Source of the DNA: an uncultured Clostridium sp.
GTDB lineage: Bacteria; Bacillota; Clostridia; Christensenellales; CAG-138
Direction of reading: 5' to 3'
NCBI GenBank assembly: GCA_964612925.1
Contig: CAZTFU010000001.1
Coordinates: 81,958-145,957, forward strand
Length of the DNA stretch: 64,000 nt
Below the pieces are notes generated by a model, which was not told where the DNA came from, did no database searches, and worked only from the letters and a program-made list of their open reading frames with translations. Made by a program: the position numbers and the translations under genes. Positions 57,771-64,000 of the stretch are shown here, piece by piece (the first letter of the stretch is position 1; every line of letters starts with the position of its first letter).

Positions 57771-59824
57771 GCCATATCCATGTTTTGGACAGTTACATTG
57801 CCAACCGCATAGCGGCGGGCGAGGTTGTGGAACGACCCGCATCGGTTGTGAAGGAGTTGGTGGAAAATTCTATAGACGCAGGTGCAACGTCGATTACGAT
57901 TGAAACGACGGGCGGCGGATTTGAATCCATCCGTGTGACGGATAACGGATCGGGTATAGCCATAGAGGATGCCGCTACGGCTTTTTTGCCGCATGCCACG
58001 AGCAAAATAAGCACAAGCGATGATCTGCTTGCAATAAGCACACTCGGGTTTAGGGGTGAAGCTTTGCCGTCCATTGCGGCCGTATCCAAGGTAACGCTCA
58101 GGTCAAAGCGAGCCGAAGCGCAAAACGGTGTGCTCCTTCGCATAAACGGCGGCGATATAATAGAAAACCATGAAGCGGGTGTGCCCGATGGTACAACGAT
58201 AGAATGTAATGAGCTTTTTTATAATGTGCCTGCACGGTTGAAATTTACAAAAAGCGCACGAACCGAGACCGCAAATATAACGGATTATGTTTGCCGCATG
58301 GTAATGGCACGGCCCGATATTAAAATAAAGCTTATTCAATCGGGGAAAACAACGCTCCAAAGCAACGGAAACGGCAATATGGAGGAAGCTATAGCAAGCG
58401 TATACAGCAGTTATATACTTAAAGACCTGAGAAAAATCAGCTATGATGACGGTTATGTGAGCATTGAGGGCTATATCGGTGCCGAAAAGATTGGTAAGGC
58501 TACCCGTGCGGCTCAATCATTTTTTGTTAACGGCCGTTATATCAAATCGCAGAAGCTTTCATTCGCTCTGCAACGCGCCTATGATACAAGAATAATGCAG
58601 GGGCGTTTTCCGCTTGCGGTTTTGCACATCAATATTTCACCCGAGGAGGTTGATGTAAACGTTCATCCGAACAAGCTTGAAGTGAGATTCAGGCAGGAGG
58701 ACAGGATAGTTGTGCCCATAGTTTCTCAATGCCGTCACGCGCTTGAAGCGGCAGTAAGTGTTCCCATAACAGCCGAGGATGACGATGAACCCAAACAGGA
58801 AAGTGGCATAAAGCAGGAAAACAGCGTTGAGCATATAGAAAAGGGTGAACAAGTAAGCTATACTCAATATGCACAAAAGCAGGATCAGGGGCATGAACAG
58901 GAACAGGAGCAAAAGATAGAACAGAGGCAGGAACGGGAAGAAGAGCAAAAGCAAGAGCCAAAACAAAATCAGAGGCAAGAACAAAAGCAGGAACAAGAGC
59001 CCGAATCATACGAATACAGAACTCTAAGGCCGGAAGACATTCGTATACGGGCAAAAATAGATAAAAATGCAGCCATTGCCGACAACGGAGCGGACAAACT
59101 CCGCACGGTGCCGAGAAACAGGGACGAGTTGCTTGCAAGGGTACCATATGGATTTAAGCAACATGTGGGAGAAAACTATATGCCGTTGCCAAACACGCAG
59201 GGTAATGAGCAAAAAAAGTCCGTGATGATGCCCGTGCAAAGCGCTATAAACTTCTACGATTATAAGATAATAGGGCAGGTCTTTGACTGCTATTGGGTAA
59301 TACAGCGCGGCGACGAGCTGTTCTTTATAGATCAGCACGCCATGCATGAACGCCAGATATACGAAACCATCGCCAAACACGGTATCAATATGGATTCGCA
59401 AAGCTTGATCATACCCATGATAATAGAGCTTCCGCCTATGGAGATGGATACCGTGCTCAACAATGACGATTGCTTTACGGAGCTTGGATTTGATATTCGC
59501 AAAAACGATGATCGTTCCATATGCATTATGGCAGTGCCGAGCATGATTGAAAGCAGATCGAGTATAAAGAAATTCCTCTTGGAAACGATACAAGCCCTTG
59601 AAACGATATGTATCACGGGTGAGGACTTGAAGCGGAATTTGCTTATAAGATTTGCCTGCAAAGCGGCCATTAAATCAGGCGACAGAATAAGCAATGCGGA
59701 GGTAAAGGCCCTGCTTGACATATACGATACACAGGGCATACCGCTTGTCTGTCCGCACGGGAGGCCTGTAGTAATGAGAATGACAAAAGCGGGATTTGAG
59801 AAGGCATTTAAGCGCAACGTATGA
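57767..59824 (+). CDS. mutL: DNA mismatch repair protein MutL
   Basis: GHKL ATPase N-terminus (IAAGEVVERPASVVKELVENSIDAG, DNGSGI, GFRGEAL) and a C-terminal dimerisation domain. The Q/E-rich linker spans about 58871-59004. Confidence 0.96.
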   Translation: MSHIHVLDSYIANRIAAGEVVERPASVVKELVENSIDAGATSITIETTGGGFESIRVTDNGSGIAIEDAATAFLPHATSKISTSDDLLAISTLGFRGEALPSIAAVSKVTLRSKRAEAQNGVLLRINGGDIIENHEAGVPDGTTIECNELFYNVPARLKFTKSARTETANITDYVCRMVMARPDIKIKLIQSGKTTLQSNGNGNMEEAIASVYSSYILKDLRKISYDDGYVSIEGYIGAEKIGKATRAAQSFFVNGRYIKSQKLSFALQRAYDTRIMQGRFPLAVLHINISPEEVDVNVHPNKLEVRFRQEDRIVVPIVSQCRHALEAAVSVPITAEDDDEPKQESGIKQENSVEHIEKGEQVSYTQYAQKQDQGHEQEQEQKIEQRQEREEEQKQEPKQNQRQEQKQEQEPESYEYRTLRPEDIRIRAKIDKNAAIADNGADKLRTVPRNRDELLARVPYGFKQHVGENYMPLPNTQGNEQKKSVMMPVQSAINFYDYKIIGQVFDCYWVIQRGDELFFIDQHAMHERQIYETIAKHGINMDSQSLIIPMIIELPPMEMDTVLNNDDCFTELGFDIRKNDDRSICIMAVPSMIESRSSIKKFLLETIQALETICITGEDLKRNLLIRFACKAAIKSGDRISNAEVKALLDIYDTQGIPLVCPHGRPVVMRMTKAGFEKAFKRNV

Positions 59825-60771
59825 TAAAACATAAGCTATATATAATAACGGGACCGACGGCAAGCGGAAAAACGGCCGCTTCGGTTCATGCCGCAAAAAT
59901 AATGAACGGCGAAATAATTTCGGCCGATGCAATACAGGTGTATAAACGATTAAATATCGGTTCCGCAAAGCCGAGCGAAGAGGAACGCGGCGGCATAGCA
60001 CATTACATGATGGACGTTATAGAGCCTACGGAACCGCGCTACACCGTATCAAGATTTAAGGAAGGTGCAACAAATGCGGCACAAGATATTCTTCTAAAAG
60101 GGAAAAAGCCTATTATGGTTGGCGGCACGGGGCTTTATATCAACGCATTGACGTATCCGCTTGCGTTCTCAAATATTGCACCTGATGAAGAATTGCGTGC
60201 CGAACTGATGCAAAAGGAACTTGAGAACAAGGGCACACTATATGCATCGCTTTCGGAAACGGATCCGAAAACGGCAAACAGATTGCACCCAAATGATATC
60301 AAGCGCATTGTGAGGGCACTTGAAATATGCATAAAGAGCGGAAAACCCGCATCCGAACAAGGGGATGGTTTTACGCACAGGGATGACGATGCGCTTGAGT
60401 TTATACCCGTAATGGTTGGAATAACGATGCCGCGGGAGATGCTTTATAAACGGATAGAACAAAGAGTGGACGATATGTTTTCATCGGGACTCGTTGACGA
60501 GGTGCGTTCAATGCTTGATGAGGGCTGCACACGCGAATTGCCTGCAATGCAGGGACTTGGTTATAAGGAAACGATAGCGTACCTCATGGGCGAATGCACG
60601 CTTGATGAAGCAAAGGATACGATAAAGCGCGAAACACGAAGATTTGCCAAGCGTCAGCTGACTTGGTTCAGGCGCGAAGAGCGTATTTGTTGGTTTGACG
60701 CAAGCCGATTTGGGTCGGGCGAAGAGCTTGGCAAGGCCATAGCAGACTATTTTTTAACGAAGGGAGAGTAA
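59821..60771 (+). CDS. miaA: tRNA dimethylallyltransferase MiaA
   Basis: P-loop GPTASGKT, ISADAIQVYK.LNIGSAKP and the VGGTGLY motif. Confidence 0.95.
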   Translation: MIKHKLYIITGPTASGKTAASVHAAKIMNGEIISADAIQVYKRLNIGSAKPSEEERGGIAHYMMDVIEPTEPRYTVSRFKEGATNAAQDILLKGKKPIMVGGTGLYINALTYPLAFSNIAPDEELRAELMQKELENKGTLYASLSETDPKTANRLHPNDIKRIVRALEICIKSGKPASEQGDGFTHRDDDALEFIPVMVGITMPREMLYKRIEQRVDDMFSSGLVDEVRSMLDEGCTRELPAMQGLGYKETIAYLMGECTLDEAKDTIKRETRRFAKRQLTWFRREERICWFDASRFGSGEELGKAIADYFLTKGE

Positions 60772-60772
60772 A

Positions 60773-61012
60773 ATGACCGATATGCACACAAATTTGCAGG
60801 ATGAATTTCTGAATAATATCAGAAAAGAGAAAAAAAGCGTGAGCATACACGTTATAAACGGATATCAGCTTAACCATATCAAGATAATCAGTTTTGATAA
60901 CTATGTTATTCTGGCGCAGGATAGCGGGGGAGTGCAGAGGCTTATTTACAAGCATGCTATTTCAACCATTACGATAGAGCAAAGCAATAACACAAACGAG
61001 GAGAAAGCTTAA
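60773..61012 (+). CDS. hfq: RNA chaperone Hfq
   Basis: Sm1/Sm2-like LQDEFLNNIRKEKKSVSIHVINGYQL...VQRLIYKHAISTI. Conserved miaA-hfq order. Confidence 0.9.
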   Translation: MTDMHTNLQDEFLNNIRKEKKSVSIHVINGYQLNHIKIISFDNYVILAQDSGGVQRLIYKHAISTITIEQSNNTNEEKA

Positions 61013-61013
61013 A

Positions 61014-62309
61014 ATGAAAGAAGATGCAAATGCAATAATTACGGAACTTGGTATATCTCACCAAGCATACGATATCGTGCGATCGGCCGAAAAAGCAATC
61101 AAGCCTGTTTTTGAGCAAATAGACACAACGGCGGAAATAAACTTTGCGCGCGTACTCGGCGGATTCAGGCAAGAGAATGTAGGACTTAGGCATTTTGCAC
61201 CAACCACGGGATACGGGTATGACGATATAGGACGAGATACGTTGGACAGGGTTTTTGCACACGCTCTTTTTGCGGAGGATGCACTTGTAAGACCGCAGTT
61301 GACAAGTGGTACGCACACGTTGTACCTTGCATTGTCGGGTCTTTGCGATATGGGAGACAGTGTGGTTGCGGCATCGGGCAAGCCGTATGATACGCTTGAA
61401 AATGCCATCGGGCTAAACGGCGATATTCCGCATTCGCTCAAGCGGCAGGGTGTATCGTTTAATTATGTTGAACTTAATGAGGACGGGAGCATAAATGTAG
61501 AAGCCGTGCTTGATATGGTTGAAAAGAAAAATGCGGCCGTGCTGTACGTTCAGCGTTCACGCGGATATGCATGGCGGGATTCGCTGCTGGTAGAAAAGGA
61601 TATGCAGCCGCTTTTTTCGGCAGTAAAGATGAATTTTCCGAATACGGTAATATTCGTGGACAACTGCTACGGCGAATTTACGGATGCTGTTGAACCGTTA
61701 TGCGTCGGAGCGGACATAATTGCGGGATCTCTTATAAAGAACCCGGGCGGCGGTATTGCTCCGACGGGCGGATACATTGCGGGAAAAGCGAAATATATCA
61801 GCAAAATCGAGAACATTCTTACCGTGCCCGGAATGGGCAGGGAAGTAGGCTCCTATGCGGCAAGCTACAGACCGTTTTATCAGGGATTATTCATGGCTCC
61901 GCATACCACTGCGCAAGCATTAAAGGGCGCCGCACTCTTTGCAAAGGTTTTTGAAATGCTCGGAATGGAAACAATGCCTGCTTCCGATGCAAAAAGGTCG
62001 GATATCGTGCAAGCCGTGCGTTTTGATTCGGCCGATGGGCTGATTTCGTTCTGCCGCAGTATACAGAGCGCATCACCTGTTGATTCGGCGGTTGTGCCGG
62101 AACCGTGGGATATGCCGGGGTATACCTCACAGGTAATTATGGCCGCGGGAGCGTTTGTGCAGGGTGCATCAATAGAATTGAGCGCCGATGCACCTATAAG
62201 AAAGCCCTACACGGCGTATGTGCAGGGCGGATTGACGTATGAACATTGTTCGCTTGCGGCTATGCTTGCGCTAAGCGATCTTATAAAGCAGGGGATTGCA
62301 CGGATTTAG
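61014..62309 (+). CDS. YnbB-family PLP-dependent (methionine gamma-lyase/cystathionine beta-lyase-like) protein
   Basis: Length and the N-terminal FAPTTGYGYDDIGRD motif are typical of the YnbB/aluminium-resistance family. Confidence 0.75.
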   Translation: MKEDANAIITELGISHQAYDIVRSAEKAIKPVFEQIDTTAEINFARVLGGFRQENVGLRHFAPTTGYGYDDIGRDTLDRVFAHALFAEDALVRPQLTSGTHTLYLALSGLCDMGDSVVAASGKPYDTLENAIGLNGDIPHSLKRQGVSFNYVELNEDGSINVEAVLDMVEKKNAAVLYVQRSRGYAWRDSLLVEKDMQPLFSAVKMNFPNTVIFVDNCYGEFTDAVEPLCVGADIIAGSLIKNPGGGIAPTGGYIAGKAKYISKIENILTVPGMGREVGSYAASYRPFYQGLFMAPHTTAQALKGAALFAKVFEMLGMETMPASDAKRSDIVQAVRFDSADGLISFCRSIQSASPVDSAVVPEPWDMPGYTSQVIMAAGAFVQGASIELSADAPIRKPYTAYVQGGLTYEHCSLAAMLALSDLIKQGIARI

Positions 62310-62944
62310 TATTGGCGGTATAAGCCGATAAGCTTACCGACTATTTCCGTATCACTTGCTTTGACCATTATTGGCTGCATGCTGCTGTTTTCGGGCTGCA
62401 GCCTTATTTTATTGTTTTTCTCAAAGAAAATACGCTTGAGCGTTACCGCTTCGCCCGAAACGCGCACCACGCCTATTTCACCGTTTTCAACGGCCATTCC
62501 GCGGTGCACTATTATGATGTCGCCGTCGTTTATGCCGGCCTCTATCATGCTCTCACCTTGGATTTTAAGCATAAATACCTCGGTATTATCCGCTCCGCGA
62601 AGGAGATGCTTGGGTATTGAATAATAGTCGTGAACATTTTCAATGGCCAATATTGGCGTGCCTGCGGCAACGTTACCTACAAGCGGCACAGTCTGCATCT
62701 GAGCGGAGCTTGAAATGGTATGCTTGCGCGATGATTCGGGAATGGTTATGCTGCGCTGCTTTGAAGGGTTGCATACTATAAGCCCCTTTTCGGCAAGCTT
62801 ACTTATGTGCATATGCACGGTAGAGGTTGATTTAAGCCCCAAGGCGGCACCGATTTCGCGTACCGTGGGAGGATAGGAGTTTAATGCGATAAACTCCTTT
62901 ATATAGTTATATACGGCTTTTTGAGTTTCTCCTGATTTACGCAT
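62306..62944 (-). CDS. lexA: SOS repressor LexA
   Basis: N-terminal winged HTH (YPPTVREIGAALGLKSTSTVHMHISKL), the AAG cleavage region (VAAGTPILA), and the catalytic GESM...K(R) S24 peptidase domain. Confidence 0.95.
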   Translation of the reverse strand: MRKSGETQKAVYNYIKEFIALNSYPPTVREIGAALGLKSTSTVHMHISKLAEKGLIVCNPSKQRSITIPESSRKHTISSSAQMQTVPLVGNVAAGTPILAIENVHDYYSIPKHLLRGADNTEVFMLKIQGESMIEAGINDGDIIIVHRGMAVENGEIGVVRVSGEAVTLKRIFFEKNNKIRLQPENSSMQPIMVKASDTEIVGKLIGLYRQY

Positions 62945-62988
62945 GGTTAACCTCCTTAAAATGTGGTATCATATACATGCACTATCTG

Positions 62989-63028
62989 ATTATAGCATAT
63001 AGATCAGATCAATGCAAACTTTTGTTCC
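62989..63028 (-). promoter_or_regulatory. lexA promoter with an overlapping SOS (LexA) box
   Basis: Minus strand: TTGCAT (rc of 63012-63017), 17-nt spacer, TATAAT (rc of 62989-62994). The palindromic box GGAACAAAAGTTTG (63015-63028; AAAC-N4-GTTC, one core mismatch to GAAC-N4-GTTC) overlaps the -35. Confidence 0.55.
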
Positions 63029-63058
63029 TAACGGACGAAGGAAAGGAAGTTACATACT

Positions 63059-63433
63059 ATGAAGCAGCCATACAGAACACCCGAAGGGGATATGTGTGAC
63101 CTTGATCCAAATAAGATATGCGATAACTGCATGAAATGCGTAAAGCGGGGTAATGATGCTGATTATGCCGAGATATTGGCCGATTTTGACCCCGAATCGA
63201 TAAGGATATTCACACCCGGAGACGATGAAGATGCCATATCCGAACCGATAGACCCGATAGATATTGACCCTGAGCTTGTTGCCGAATGGGAAGAAAAGCT
63301 TCGCAAGGCCGAAGAAGCGGAGAAACTCGCTCAAGTCGAAACGGCAGGGGATGAACCGTCCGAACCGATAGGGTACCGCGGAGAACGCAAAAGGCGCGAA
63401 CACAGATCGCATCTGCCGAGCGGCCGAAATTAA
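63059..63433 (+). CDS. hypothetical Cys-cluster / highly acidic small protein, divergent from lexA
   Basis: 124-aa ORF. N-terminal C-x7-C-x2-C-x2-C cluster (CDLDPNKICDNCMKC), a D/E/P-rich middle and a basic tail (RGERKRREHRSH). No family recognised. Confidence 0.5.
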   Translation: MKQPYRTPEGDMCDLDPNKICDNCMKCVKRGNDADYAEILADFDPESIRIFTPGDDEDAISEPIDPIDIDPELVAEWEEKLRKAEEAEKLAQVETAGDEPSEPIGYRGERKRREHRSHLPSGRN

Positions 63434-64000
63434 TCTTCTCTCAGCTTGATGACTTTTGCGGCAAGCCTGCGCCTGTCCTCGGACACGGCGGCATAATGCT
63501 TGCGCGTGGTGTTGACATCCTTGTGACCTAAAACATCGGCTACAAGGTATATGTCACCGGTTTCTCTGTATAAATTCGTGCCGTAGGTGCTCCTTAACTT
63601 ATGAGGGGATATCTTTTTGAGCGGCACGGCAACTTTTGCGTATTTTTCAACAAGGTTTTCCACGGCACGCACGGTAAGCCTTGTTTTTTGTAATGAAAGG
63701 AATAGGGCTTCCTCGTGTCCCTGTGCGGCTTGAATTCTTTCACGCTCAAGCATATATTGAAGCAGGGCTTCGCGTGCTTCTTCACCAAATACAAGTATGT
63801 CCTGTTTGCCGCCCTTGCGTATTATTGAAAACTCGTTTGAAGAAAAGTTGATGTCATCCATATCGATGCCGACAAGCTCACTTATTCGTATACCTGTGCC
63901 GAGAAAAAGAGTAAGTATGGCAAGATCCCGCGCCTGCGTTTTCTTATGGTAGATTTTTTGCTTGTCGGTCAGACCTTCGCCGCTTTGAACCGCGTCAAGC
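63430..64000 (-). CDS. tyrosine recombinase/integrase (XerC/XerD family); N-terminal part lies off-window
   Basis: The frame is open to the window edge. Translation gives ...ARDLAILTLFLGTGIRISELVGIDMDD...HKLRSTYGTNLY...LGHKDVNTTRKHY, which contains the R, HxxR and Y catalytic motifs. Confidence 0.8.
   Translation of the reverse strand, partial: LDAVQSGEGLTDKQKIYHKKTQARDLAILTLFLGTGIRISELVGIDMDDINFSSNEFSIIRKGGKQDILVFGEEAREALLQYMLERERIQAAQGHEEALFLSLQKTRLTVRAVENLVEKYAKVAVPLKKISPHKLRSTYGTNLYRETGDIYLVADVLGHKDVNTTRKHYAAVSEDRRRLAAKVIKLRED

Overview
This 64-kb window looks like chromosome from a Clostridia-class Firmicute. Sortase and dockerin signals suggest a Ruminococcaceae/Oscillospiraceae-like organism, which is inference only. 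Most of it is conserved housekeeping synteny. That includes lepA-hemW, the CIRCE-controlled hrcA-grpE-dnaK-dnaJ operon, mtaB-rsmE-prmA, priA-def-fmt-rsmB-rlmN-stp-prkC-rsgA-rpe, tRNA-Val and tRNA-Gln, an Opp-type peptide ABC operon, a KdpD/KdpE-like two-component pair, dacB-like, glmM, glyQS, miaB-ylbF-mutS-mutL-miaA-hfq-ynbB and lexA. I saw no rRNA, CRISPR array or intact transposase. The stand-out accessory region is 39.4-51.7 kb. A clear cobalamin riboswitch with its own terminator precedes seven co-directional genes. These encode three transcobalamin-like (DUF4430) modules attached to the surface in three different ways (lipoprotein, dockerin, sortase signal). They also encode a MacB/FtsX-type ABC transporter with a beta-sandwich accessory protein, a PQQ-like beta-propeller, and a Cys-rich DUF2284 protein. 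No BtuCDF or ECF importer lies in the operon. I interpret this as a candidate, undescribed Gram-positive surface corrinoid-capture system. Smaller oddities are a structured 184-nt spacer between the two tRNAs, an orphan internal fragment of a mobile-element polyvalent protein next to a 282-bp inverted-repeat element, and a Cys-rich acidic ORF divergent from lexA across an SOS-like box. All family calls come from reading the translated motifs by eye. No database searches were run.
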